NCBI GenBank assembly: GCA_036339465.1
Contig: JAYZAY010000033.1
Location: 1-64,000 of the forward strand
Reading direction: 5' to 3'
Origin: Myxococcota bacterium
GTDB taxonomy: Bacteria; Myxococcota; XYA12-FULL-58-9; JABJBS01
Length of the DNA: 64,000 nucleotides
A program made the translations under genes and the position numbers. This document shows, in pieces, positions 41,500-50,901 of this stretch. The first letter of the stretch is position 1. Each line of letters starts with the position of its first letter. Under the pieces are notes generated by a model. The model was not told the DNA's origin and did no database searches. It was given only the letters and a program-made list of their open reading frames with translations.

Positions 41500-42342
41500 T
41501 TATTGCCCCTGTAGAATAGCCCTGTAACCCTCACGGTATGATGGAAATCGAAATTCATAACCTGAATCACGCAGTCGTTGGTTGGAGCATCGTTTATTCC
41601 CCACCACACGACCGCCTGACGCCGCTCCCCGCTTCGGTATCTCACGGCCAAGTTGCGCCGACAGCCAAGTGAGCACCTCATTGTACGGAGCTGGATGGTC
41701 GTCGACTGCCACATAAGTATCTGCACAAGTGCCTAACCGAATCAGATGTAGTAGAGTTCCCACACAATCATCGATATGAATTCGATTGCTGAAAAAAGCA
41801 TCATCGAACTTAGCCCTGGCCTCTCCAGAACGAATTCTCCTAACCAAAAAAGTACGTTCCGGCCCGTAAATTCCGCCAAAGCGAATAGAGCAGCTCTTTA
41901 CCGGATAATTGGCAACAAGCGCTTCTGCCTCACGCATAATTGAACCGGTGTAACCCAAGGGTACAGAATCAGTATCCTCGTCCACCCAAGCTCCATGATG
42001 CTCTCCATACACACTGGTACTCGAAACAAAGAAAATTTGTTGTAATCGGCCCCCAAAGAGTTGAGCCGCCTCCAGCATGGTCTTTAAACCATCGATGTAC
42101 GTGGCTCGGTAGCTCTCAACGTCCCGAGAAGCCGCAGCCGCCGTATAAACCATCATGTCCGCCGGTGGAATGTTACTCAGTCCACCGGAGGGGTCATTTA
42201 AGTCAAGTCGACAACCATGAAAGGAACTCGGCAGTAATTCAATACGACGCCGGATCCCCGTAACATCGTAGCCCAATTCAATCAGGCGCAGCCCCAAACG
42301 TGTTCCGAGATCTCCACACCCCGCAATACAAACCCTCATCAA
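41500..42342 (-). CDS. NAD-dependent epimerase / atypical SDR (YeeZ-like)
   Basis: GCGDLG, SSTSVYG, GIYGP.R, NRIHIDD. Confidence 0.85.
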   Translation of the reverse strand: MMRVCIAGCGDLGTRLGLRLIELGYDVTGIRRRIELLPSSFHGCRLDLNDPSGGLSNIPPADMMVYTAAAASRDVESYRATYIDGLKTMLEAAQLFGGRLQQIFFVSSTSVYGEHHGAWVDEDTDSVPLGYTGSIMREAEALVANYPVKSCSIRFGGIYGPERTFLVRRIRSGEARAKFDDAFFSNRIHIDDCVGTLLHLIRLGTCADTYVAVDDHPAPYNEVLTWLSAQLGREIPKRGAASGGRVVGNKRCSNQRLRDSGYEFRFPSYREGYRAILQGQ

Positions 42343-43661
42343 GCCTCCACTTGTAACCTCATCATCTTAGACTCAATCCGGGAAACCCTCTTTTGGCTCA
42401 AATGCCGCTCTTCCAAAGGCGGCGACAATCTTGCGTAGTGCAGAGCTTTGGTAAGGTCTTTGAGTTGATGCTCATAGATTTTAGCCAACACGAGATGGGC
42501 TTCGTTTAAGGGTGCTGAATCGAAGGCCCCATCATCCTTTGCCAAAATCATCTCCAAACAATCGGCCGCGTCGCGGTAGAGTTTTTGTCGACGATACATC
42601 TGCGCCAAAAGCAACGCGCCCTGGAGAGCCACATTCGCCGCGTCAGAACACGCACAAACTTCCTTCGCCCTTTCAATGGCATCCGTATCCCAACTCAAAC
42701 GTCGGTTAAGTTTCGCAACTGCCAACCACACCCTTGCGTCGTCATGGGATTGCGGCTTGTGGGTGTAAAGCCCACTGGCATTCATGAGTGCTGCCATGGC
42801 CAAAAGGTCCCAGAGATTATGTTTCGCTATCTGATGTATTTTCTTCGTTTCACCACTTCGCAGAAACTCGAAATAGGCCTCGGGGATTTCTGCCCCTGGA
42901 ATATCGTCCTCGCGAATAAAACCCAATATATCACGTTCGAGGGTCGTTAATCTCCCGTCGGTCGTAATACCACCAAAAATACGCCGGCAACCATGCAGAA
43001 GGTCCAGGTGCAACCCCGGCTCCCTAAGCTTGACCCGCCCCAACACGCACCGGCTGCGAATGAGAGGCAAATCATAACTCTTACCATTGAAGGTAATAAG
43101 TGCATCCGCTGCTTCTATTTTCTCGGCCACATATCGAAGAATAGGTTTTTCTTGACCTGGCTGTCGTAAAATCAATTGCTCCGTATTAAAAGTCCCACCT
43201 TGAAAATAACCAAGACCAATCATAAAAGGAATTGTTCCTGTTCCACCTGCCAACCCCGTTGTTTCAGTATCTAGAAATAAAACATTCGGACCAATATTTT
43301 CCCCAAGGTCGGCGCCATTCAAGAAATTTCCAAGTTTGGGATAATCCCGCCAGAGACTATCTACCATAAAATCCCCATGACTGGCTTTCCCATGGAAAGT
43401 CTCCCGAACAATCTGGATTTTACTCTGACCGAAGTTCTCTTCAACCCCCGGTAAATCAACGCGTTCGATATCGGCGATAAGAGATGAATCTTCATTTCTC
43501 TTTCCGCGCCCTAAGCCCCGTAATCGCCCTCGAAACTGAGCCAACTTCACCCCATCCAAAGCCCCCCCAGACGACTTGGCGGAAATGGTCTTTGGGGCTT
43601 CATCCTCTTGCCGCCCCCCACTTCCATTCAAACGCGCTAAACGCCGTTTAATGTGCGACAT
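42339..43661 (-). CDS. RNase H-like DEDDh exonuclease with TPR-like C-terminus (YprB/MrfB-like)
   Basis: FLDTETTGLAGGTG, TFNGKSYD, HLDLLH, HNLWDL. Confidence 0.88.
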   Translation of the reverse strand: MSHIKRRLARLNGSGGRQEDEAPKTISAKSSGGALDGVKLAQFRGRLRGLGRGKRNEDSSLIADIERVDLPGVEENFGQSKIQIVRETFHGKASHGDFMVDSLWRDYPKLGNFLNGADLGENIGPNVLFLDTETTGLAGGTGTIPFMIGLGYFQGGTFNTEQLILRQPGQEKPILRYVAEKIEAADALITFNGKSYDLPLIRSRCVLGRVKLREPGLHLDLLHGCRRIFGGITTDGRLTTLERDILGFIREDDIPGAEIPEAYFEFLRSGETKKIHQIAKHNLWDLLAMAALMNASGLYTHKPQSHDDARVWLAVAKLNRRLSWDTDAIERAKEVCACSDAANVALQGALLLAQMYRRQKLYRDAADCLEMILAKDDGAFDSAPLNEAHLVLAKIYEHQLKDLTKALHYARLSPPLEERHLSQKRVSRIESKMMRLQVEA

Positions 43662-46107
43662 CGTCAATAACCTCGGAAGGATGATTGGAAAGCCATGAAC
43701 CAATTCTTAAACTCAAAGATTTTCGACTCCCAAAGTTCTGGGTTTCCTGAGATATTTGGTCGTCCCCAATGCTCGGTCCAATACAAGCCGGACAGCCATG
43801 GCGACATGTACAGCGTTCAATGAGCAAGTATGCCCCCTTTACCAGTCCGTCACGTTCATCAAAAATGCGTGGCGCCAAGCCCACCCCACCCGGAATTTTG
43901 TCGTAGATAAAAACAGTCGGCGCATAAAGAGAATGACCCTCATCCAAAGTTTCTTCACCGGTTTGAGGATCTTTAACCGTATGGCCCAGATCCTTGGGAT
44001 CGGTCATCAGGCCCACCGCCGACACCGTATGTAAAGCCTTCGCAAAACCTCGAAGCGCATCCACCACCACCGGCCGAGGAGCATCGAGTTGGGTCACCAT
44101 TTCATTGGGAATCGTGAGCCAAAAGCTGGTGGTGTGCATCTGCATATCCGGTAATCGGACATCGCCGTAACCCACATTTTCATGGGTATTGTACTTAATT
44201 TTCTTATACCCAACTATTTTTTCCGTAAGATTAACCTCGCCCAATCCAATTTGTGCATTGATACCAATGGAAGTCGGCAACACTTCGCCTTCATCCTGGT
44301 CCAACACAGCAACCCTGACATAGGTCATCGCATCGGTATAATAATCGGGTTTCACCTTGCGCACAAAAGCCTTATGGTTATCAAAATCCAATTTCTCAAC
44401 CTGAAACTGTTCACCCATATGTTGGTAGATCGCTTGTTCATGAAGCATTGTATGGGTGGAGCGCCAATCCATTTCCGCAATGGTTTTTTCGTTCTCCTGA
44501 TCAATAATCACAAAATTATCCCAGCTAACACTCCTTAGAGAAACATGGTTGGCGGGATAAGCATCGGCCGCCCAATGGTACATGGTGACACCATCCTCTG
44601 ATTCAGATCTATAAAGCAATTTGTTTTCAACCAAATACTCCAGACCATCCACCAATCCCTCAGGGGGAACATCCCCAAAAGTGTGCCCAACCTCAAAGGG
44701 CAATTCAAAGGCAGCACATTTTAGATGCTGTATAAAAATTTCGATATTATCGGGGTCAATCCTAGCATGCTCCGTGCCCGATTCGACCAAGGCCTCAGGA
44801 AAATGTGCGAAAAACTGGTCCACGGGTGAACTATTGGTCACCAAGACCGCCAAACTTAAATCGCGACGGCGCCCCGCCCGACCAAAACGCTGCCAAACAC
44901 TCGCAATAGACCCGGGGTATCCTGCGCATACCACTGCATCCAAAGAACCAATATCGATACCGAGTTCAAGAGCGTTGGTCGCAACCACACATTTAATTCT
45001 CCCCTCCCTTAAGTTCTTTTCGATTTCGCGACGCTTGCCCGGCAAATAGCCTCCCCGGTAGGCATGAATCTGTTCTGGTGAAATCTTATCCCTCGCCAAT
45101 CGCTCGCGAAGATATTTCAACATCACTTCCACCCCATTACGACTTTGTCCAAATACAATGGTGGAAACATCAGCGCGCACCAAATCCGCCGCGAGTCGGA
45201 CAGCTGCTTTGACACAACTCTCCCGAATACCCAGTTCCGCATTCACCACCGGTGGATTATAAAGTAACACCCGCTTATCTCCGGTTGGCGCCCCACTCTC
45301 CGAGACCAACCGAACCGATTCACCAATCATCTGTCCTGCATGTTCAGCCGGGTTGCCTATGGTCGCAGAGGCGAAAATAAAAGTGGGATCCGCGCCATGA
45401 AAATTCGCAATTCGCTTTAATCGTCGGAGTACGTTCGCAAGGTGGGAACCAAAAACCCCACGATAGATATGAAGTTCATCGACAACCACATATTTAAGTT
45501 CCGAAAAGAGTCGCGCCCAGGATGCATGGTGAGGTAAAATGCCTGTGTGAAGCATATCCGGATTAGTAAGCACCACCCCGCCTCTATTCCGAGCCGCTCT
45601 ACGTGCATCCGCTGGCGTATCGCCGTCATAGGTAACGGCCCCAGCATGGATGCCACAATCCTGCATCAATCCACGTAAGTTCTCCTCTTGGTCCCGAGAT
45701 AAAGCTTTGGTTGGAAAGAGATAAAGCGCTCGGGTGGATGGTGCCTCGCTCAAGGCCTGAAGAACCGGCAAGTTATAGCACAAACTCTTCCCCGAAGCCG
45801 TAGGGGTAGCAATGACCAAATGCTCTCCCTTCATGGCGTAGTCGACAGCCTGCGCTTGATGAGAATAGAGTGATGGTATCTCCTTTGCCCCTAGTGCCTT
45901 GTGAATCGTCGCCGACAGATGCGAAGGCAATGGAAGAGATTGGCCCTCAGCTGCGCCCACACGATGGTCAAAAACAAGATTATTCGAAATCCTTCCTGTC
46001 CCTAGCCATTTCTGTAAAACTGCGGCGACCCCGGTCATTTTCTTCCAGGGCTCGCGGCGGTCTGGGGAAGATTGAGCGAACTCGCTCCTTTGATTTGAGT
46101 TAAGCAT
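43648..46107 (-). CDS. DEAH-box helicase with DUF1998 (YprA/MrfA/SftH family)
   Basis: TPTASGKS, DELH, SAT, QRFGRAGR, C-terminal CTCRHGCPAC; GGAGGG RBS before ATG 46107. Confidence 0.92.
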   Translation of the reverse strand: MLNSNQRSEFAQSSPDRREPWKKMTGVAAVLQKWLGTGRISNNLVFDHRVGAAEGQSLPLPSHLSATIHKALGAKEIPSLYSHQAQAVDYAMKGEHLVIATPTASGKSLCYNLPVLQALSEAPSTRALYLFPTKALSRDQEENLRGLMQDCGIHAGAVTYDGDTPADARRAARNRGGVVLTNPDMLHTGILPHHASWARLFSELKYVVVDELHIYRGVFGSHLANVLRRLKRIANFHGADPTFIFASATIGNPAEHAGQMIGESVRLVSESGAPTGDKRVLLYNPPVVNAELGIRESCVKAAVRLAADLVRADVSTIVFGQSRNGVEVMLKYLRERLARDKISPEQIHAYRGGYLPGKRREIEKNLREGRIKCVVATNALELGIDIGSLDAVVCAGYPGSIASVWQRFGRAGRRRDLSLAVLVTNSSPVDQFFAHFPEALVESGTEHARIDPDNIEIFIQHLKCAAFELPFEVGHTFGDVPPEGLVDGLEYLVENKLLYRSESEDGVTMYHWAADAYPANHVSLRSVSWDNFVIIDQENEKTIAEMDWRSTHTMLHEQAIYQHMGEQFQVEKLDFDNHKAFVRKVKPDYYTDAMTYVRVAVLDQDEGEVLPTSIGINAQIGLGEVNLTEKIVGYKKIKYNTHENVGYGDVRLPDMQMHTTSFWLTIPNEMVTQLDAPRPVVVDALRGFAKALHTVSAVGLMTDPKDLGHTVKDPQTGEETLDEGHSLYAPTVFIYDKIPGGVGLAPRIFDERDGLVKGAYLLIERCTCRHGCPACIGPSIGDDQISQETQNFGSRKSLSLRIGSWLSNHPSEVIDDVAH

Positions 46108-46435
46108 GGTCCCTCCGACACTGTACAAATGTGCATATAATAACAAAACGGTCAAGCTTTCGGGACTGGTAAGCTTCTCCCCCCCTGAAACCTTCGGACC
46201 GAAAATCTAATATTGAAGGTGAGAGGAGAAAAAATGACCGGGCTTAACCACCAAAGTGGCGAATTACGACGCCACCATTTTAAAATGGCGGGGCCACTCA
46301 CAAAGAACAATTCCATGTTTGGGGCCAAAAGAGCTGGCTCCGCCCTTCAAGCCAAAGAAACGCGATCATCGATTCATAATTCCAAAAGTTGCGCAACACG
46401 ACACCAAATCGATTTTTAAAAGATCTAATTCACGA

Positions 46436-46451
46436 TGGCATGCAACTTGCT
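46436..46451 (+). promoter_or_regulatory. sigma-54 promoter (-24/-12)
   Basis: TGGCATGCAACTTGCT matches TGGCAyG-N4-TTGC(W) with exact GG-N10-GC spacing. Confidence 0.8.
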
Positions 46452-46461
46452 ACATAACAAA

Positions 46462-46700
46462 GGGTGACCCACCACCCACCAATGAGACTGCGAAAGTAGA
46501 TAGGTGGCGGCGAGTGCACAACCAACAAAAAGCGAGTTTAATTTGGCTCGCAGGAAGCTGATAAAATAGTAGATCTTCCCCTAGATCTCTCCGACGGGCC
46601 CGTCCCCCTTTTCCCCTTAGGGCCCTAGGAAAATTTCAGCTTTGTAAGTCTCCCCCGGACTTCCCTGCGAGCCATCCCCGCTCTTTTCCCCTAAATTTTA
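46462..46700 (+). ncRNA. candidate structured small RNA with repeated UCCCC loops
   Basis: Downstream of sigma-54 motif; 11-bp closing stem, nested 7-bp stem, three C-loop hairpins, GAAA tetraloop hairpin; no credible ORF. Ends are estimates. Confidence 0.65.
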
Positions 46701-47269
46701 TCCCACACAGCTTAAAAAGAGGTAAAAAGCCTCGGCCACTTCAGCGGACAATGGATTCCCAAGCACGCCGACTTGCACGGTTCAAACGATGCATAACCAC
46801 CAGCAACATCAACCACCCTTTCCCAGGCAATACCATAGACGATATTGTCGACCAAATCCCCTCAGGTCCTTTGGGACACCCATGAAATCCAATAATGGCT
46901 CGTTGGTGAGCAAAACCTGCGCCAAACAAAAAGCATTCCACTACTTTTGGGACCTCAAAACAGAGAGACGGCTGGATCCGTATGATTCAAGTACATGTCA
47001 TGGCGCATAAGTATGGCCTCCCATGGGAGAAAAATAAAAATCCCCTGTCAATTGATGTCCACTCACGTATTCAAAAACCTCAAGCCTAAATTCTATAACC
47101 CCCAATGGATAGGCCGAGCATTCACTTTTTTCAAAGGTGGCTGCGGAGACTACTTCTTCGTGGATTGTCACCTTGACCAAAATCACAAAGCCAAAGTATC
47201 GGCAACCTGAGACATTCACCCATGGAAGCTGGAATGCCCCATTTCGACGTGCTAACTGGAGAGTGAACT

Positions 47270-48604
47270 ATGAAAACTGAAGCTTTCGCAGTGCCCTTAG
47301 GCCCAAAACTCGAATCTGTCATCGCCACAATTCAACGCATGGGTGCGCAACCCATTCTCGTAGGTGGTTTCGTACGTGACTGGCTCCTAAACCGTCCATC
47401 CAAAGACTACGACTTTGAAATTCATGGTATGAGCCTCGCAAAACTCGAAGAAATACTTGGCCAATTCGGAGAGGTGCTAAGAGTGGGCAAAGCCTTTGGC
47501 GTTCTACGTGTCAGAGGATTCGACGTCGATTTTTCCCTCCCCCGTAAAGATAATAAGGTGGGAGCCGGGCATCGTGGATTCGAAATCGAAGTAGACCCCT
47601 TTCTACCATTCAAAGAAGCCGCGAAGCGCCGCGACCTTACCATCAACAGTATTGGGCTCAATCCCATTACCGGAAAACTCTACGACCCATACAACGGGCA
47701 AGAGGACATCAAGGCCCGCATTCTTCGACCAACCGACCCCCAACACTTCTCTGAAGACCCCCTTCGGGGCATACGAGCCGCCCAATTTGCCGCACGTTTG
47801 AATATGAATGCCCACCCAGATCTGATCAGTGTCTGCCAATCACTCGACCTTTCCGAACTTCCCTCTGAAAGAATTTGGACCGAACTCGAAAAACTGTTCC
47901 TAAAAGGAGAAACGCCGTCCCTCGGGTATCAGCTCCTTAAAGACACCGGTCTATTCAAGTTTTTCCCACGTCTTGGTACCGTACTCACATCCATGACCGA
48001 ACAAGAATGGACCCATTGGCTAGCCAAACAGGATCGCGCCATCAAGTTTCGCCCCAAAGACCCAACACACGCTATGGCATGGATGCTGTGGGCCATGATT
48101 CTACCTCTCCAATCCCAGGAAAGCCATGATTCCACCCTAAGCGCTCCACTCAGAGTTGAACACTGGGGTGGAGAGGCGCTTGAAGAGCTCCTGCAGCGAC
48201 TCAGGCCTCCAAAAGTGGTTCAAATTAAAGCGAAATTGTTCGGATATCTCTGCGAATTTGTGGGGCATCTCTCACCCAATAACAGTGCCGTTCCCGCGCT
48301 CAGACGGTGCACCCGAATCGCCGGGGAACACGGTCATACCTTTCAGCAAATCCTCGATGCCCGGCACATCCAGTCTCCCAATAGCAGTGAAACGCTCAAA
48401 GGATTGGGTCAGTGGGCCCAAACACATCAGCTTTTGCATCATTACGAGCCCGCCATTATTACTGGCCAGCATCTGATGAAAAAAGGTTTAAAACCAGGTA
48501 AACACTTTGCTCACTGGCTGGATAAATGCCTCCAATACCAAGACAGAACGGGCGAGAAGGATCCTGAAAAAATTCTTGGTGCCGTATTAACTTCCAACGA
48601 TTGA
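47270..48604 (+). CDS. tRNA nucleotidyltransferase, class II (CCA-adding type)
   Basis: VGGFVRD, DYDFE, RRDLTINS, EDPLR motifs. Confidence 0.88.
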   Translation: MKTEAFAVPLGPKLESVIATIQRMGAQPILVGGFVRDWLLNRPSKDYDFEIHGMSLAKLEEILGQFGEVLRVGKAFGVLRVRGFDVDFSLPRKDNKVGAGHRGFEIEVDPFLPFKEAAKRRDLTINSIGLNPITGKLYDPYNGQEDIKARILRPTDPQHFSEDPLRGIRAAQFAARLNMNAHPDLISVCQSLDLSELPSERIWTELEKLFLKGETPSLGYQLLKDTGLFKFFPRLGTVLTSMTEQEWTHWLAKQDRAIKFRPKDPTHAMAWMLWAMILPLQSQESHDSTLSAPLRVEHWGGEALEELLQRLRPPKVVQIKAKLFGYLCEFVGHLSPNNSAVPALRRCTRIAGEHGHTFQQILDARHIQSPNSSETLKGLGQWAQTHQLLHHYEPAIITGQHLMKKGLKPGKHFAHWLDKCLQYQDRTGEKDPEKILGAVLTSND

Positions 48605-48624
48605 CCCATCCCGAGAGTATGCTA

Positions 48625-48782
48625 CAGGGACGCGCGGATCGGTGGGGCAGGACAAAGCCGTCCCTGCGGGCAAGGTAAGCGCCCACAAAGGGAAGATCAC
48701 CGGTATGACCGAGTGTAAAGCGCAGTCGACCCGGGCCTTGTACGCGACGTGCTAGAAACGACCCACTTGTGGATCTCCCCAG
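48625..48782 (+). ncRNA. possible structured intergenic RNA / leader upstream of hslO
   Basis: Several nested inverted repeats in a GC-rich intergenic segment; family and strand unresolved. Confidence 0.3.
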
Positions 48783-48826
48783 GATTTCCCCCAGAAAATA
48801 GAACACATCTATGATAGGCTACAAGA

Positions 48827-49729
48827 ATGTCCGACTCCTTTCATCGAGCCCTGCTCCAAGATGATTCCATCGTAATCGGAATTACGATCACCACCCAACT
48901 CTGCCGCGACGTTCAGCGCCTCCATGAACTTAGTAACGGCTCCAGCTTAGCCCTTGGAAGATTACTCACCGCCTCCGCCCTCACCGGACTCATCCAAGAA
49001 AATCCAGGTACACTTAGTTTTCAAGTCGTTGGCTCAGGTAAATTTGGACAAATCTATGCCGACATCAATGATGAGGGAAAAATTAGAGGCTACATCAAAA
49101 ACACAGGTGTCCAACTTCCGGGTGCCGTAAAAACGATTGAGACCAAACGCCATTCCCTATCAAGCTTGGTAGGACAAGGTTGCATCTCAGTCATTCGAAT
49201 TGGTGAAAATAATCAGGTAACTCAAAGCACAACCCCCATCACCGCGGGCGAAATTGACCAAGATATACAAACCTTCATCGAACAAAGTGACCAAGTGCCC
49301 ACCTGCCTTGCGTGCGAAACCCTGCTGGATGAAAACGCTTCCGATATTCAAGTTGCGGGTGGGATTATTGTCCAGGCGATGCCCGACACCAAGCAAGACC
49401 GTATGGAGGAGATCAGGACGTTACTTGAAAATGGAAAATTTTCGAACCTACTCAGTAAATTTAATGGTGATTGGAAAGAAATACTGAATGAGATCGCTCC
49501 GGAATCGAAAGTTCTATCGGAATCAAAACACGTACAATGGCAGTGCAGATGTTCCTATGAACGCTGCAAAAACGCTCTCCGAATGCTCAACACCATTGAA
49601 CTCGCGGATATGGTCTCAAAACACGAAACACCAAACATAACCTGTGACTTTTGCGGACGACACTATACTTTAGAACTGTCCGATATTGAACAGATCTACG
49701 GTGAAACTCTCCAATCTACCGACACCTAG
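48827..49729 (+). CDS. hslO: Hsp33 redox-regulated chaperone
   Basis: LGRLLTA, QSDQVP, AGG.IVQ.MP, Zn motif CRC...CDFC. Confidence 0.9.
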   Translation: MSDSFHRALLQDDSIVIGITITTQLCRDVQRLHELSNGSSLALGRLLTASALTGLIQENPGTLSFQVVGSGKFGQIYADINDEGKIRGYIKNTGVQLPGAVKTIETKRHSLSSLVGQGCISVIRIGENNQVTQSTTPITAGEIDQDIQTFIEQSDQVPTCLACETLLDENASDIQVAGGIIVQAMPDTKQDRMEEIRTLLENGKFSNLLSKFNGDWKEILNEIAPESKVLSESKHVQWQCRCSYERCKNALRMLNTIELADMVSKHETPNITCDFCGRHYTLELSDIEQIYGETLQSTDT

Positions 49730-49873
49730 AAAACACCTTCATCCATAAAACACGTAAATCCGAGATCTCCATTGGGGAAAATCCCCCTGTATGCATTTCG
49801 GCATTGAGAGAAAGCCTCACTATCTGCGCCGCGTTTTCAAATAAGCGTCGAACCTTGTCAGCGACTCCCCTAC

Positions 49874-50629
49874 TTACGAACCATCAACTCTAACCCAAAC
49901 CTCCTCATAAATTGTGGCCACGGTTGCAGGCCAAATCCTGGCCCGTAAAAGATTTCCCATGGCCCTAAAAATTCCCTCCAAACGGCCAGGCGACGGATTT
50001 AACCACAAAAGCGGCTCATACTCTCCAAGAAGCCAAGCCGTGGCTCGGATCATCCCTACCAATGACAAGCACCTCGATGAATGACCATCCAATTCAAATT
50101 CACAACCCAGATAGGTGTTTTCATCATCCCCAAATGCCAAGAGACAACGACTGCCCAATTCCCAGTGAACCTCCAGAGGCATCCGCCGGCCCCAGACCAA
50201 CCGGATGCTCCCCTCGACAAACCCTACACCGTCAATGACACTCAATCTATCATCTCGCCAATGGACTCTGAAGACTTCTCGAGTTGATACTCCTCCCCAT
50301 TGCCGACTCTTCACCAACACCACATCTCCATCCTCGGGCTCTAAGGTCCAAGTCTCCTCCCAGCGCCCATATTTCCAATAGAGTTTCTGAAGCTCTCCTA
50401 TAGCCGAGAACTCAATCATGGTGCGCCCGTGATAACTTTCGCGACCATGCCCAAGAGTGTCCTCAGTTTCGCTCTCCAATTGGGCCACCAAGAATATGAT
50501 ACATCCAAAAACCATGGTCATCTGCTTTCTCCCGCATCCTAAGGACACGGCTAGTGCAATCAGTATACCAAGTAAAAACCGCCACAAACACGGGTCAATG
50601 TCCTCGCCTACACCGAAAGGATGTGCCAA
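49874..50629 (-). CDS. hypothetical protein
   Basis: 251-aa ORF with no recognised motif; start uncertain. Confidence 0.35.
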   Translation of the reverse strand: MAHPFGVGEDIDPCLWRFLLGILIALAVSLGCGRKQMTMVFGCIIFLVAQLESETEDTLGHGRESYHGRTMIEFSAIGELQKLYWKYGRWEETWTLEPEDGDVVLVKSRQWGGVSTREVFRVHWRDDRLSVIDGVGFVEGSIRLVWGRRMPLEVHWELGSRCLLAFGDDENTYLGCEFELDGHSSRCLSLVGMIRATAWLLGEYEPLLWLNPSPGRLEGIFRAMGNLLRARIWPATVATIYEEVWVRVDGS

Positions 50630-50843
50630 AATGCAACAGCGTGGTTCATATCAAAGCATCGAATACCCCACCGGTATAAGCTTACTCAAACTCAATTGTT
50701 TGATTCGTCCACGTCAGCCTTGCCCCCCTTTTCTAAGGAGACAAAAACGACCCCACTGTGCCGGCGGCATGATCCGGAGCAAACCAGTCGGCCAGGGGAG
50801 GGATAAACGCCGGGGATGAGATACGACACTTCCATAGACACCA

Positions 50844-50871
50844 TTGACATTCACGTCTGAAGAGTTAAGAC
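50844..50871 (+). promoter_or_regulatory. putative sigma-70 promoter of menB
   Basis: TTGACA-N16-TAAGAC, followed by AGGAG RBS. Confidence 0.45.
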
Positions 50872-50901
50872 CGCCCACCATATCTACGACAGGAGTTAGA
50901 A

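Noticed and set aside
46544..46674. Retron msr-msd (a1/a2 inverted repeats)
   Set aside because: No reverse transcriptase ORF nearby and no long msd hairpin.
46560..46695. CsrB/RsmZ-type GGA sponge on the minus strand
   Set aside because: Not fully excluded, but the sigma-54 promoter, GNRA loop and G-U pairs favour the + strand, and the loops would be GGGGA rather than ANGGA.
46213..47219. Short ORFs around the sRNA candidate (46256-46561, 46789-47010, 46995-47210 and others)
   Set aside because: No recognisable motifs, weak RBSs and conflicting frames; small peptides cannot be strictly excluded.
48690..48782. tRNA-Sec or cobalamin riboswitch (GGGAAGATC start)
   Set aside because: No T-loop TTC, no UCA anticodon arm and no B12-box motifs.
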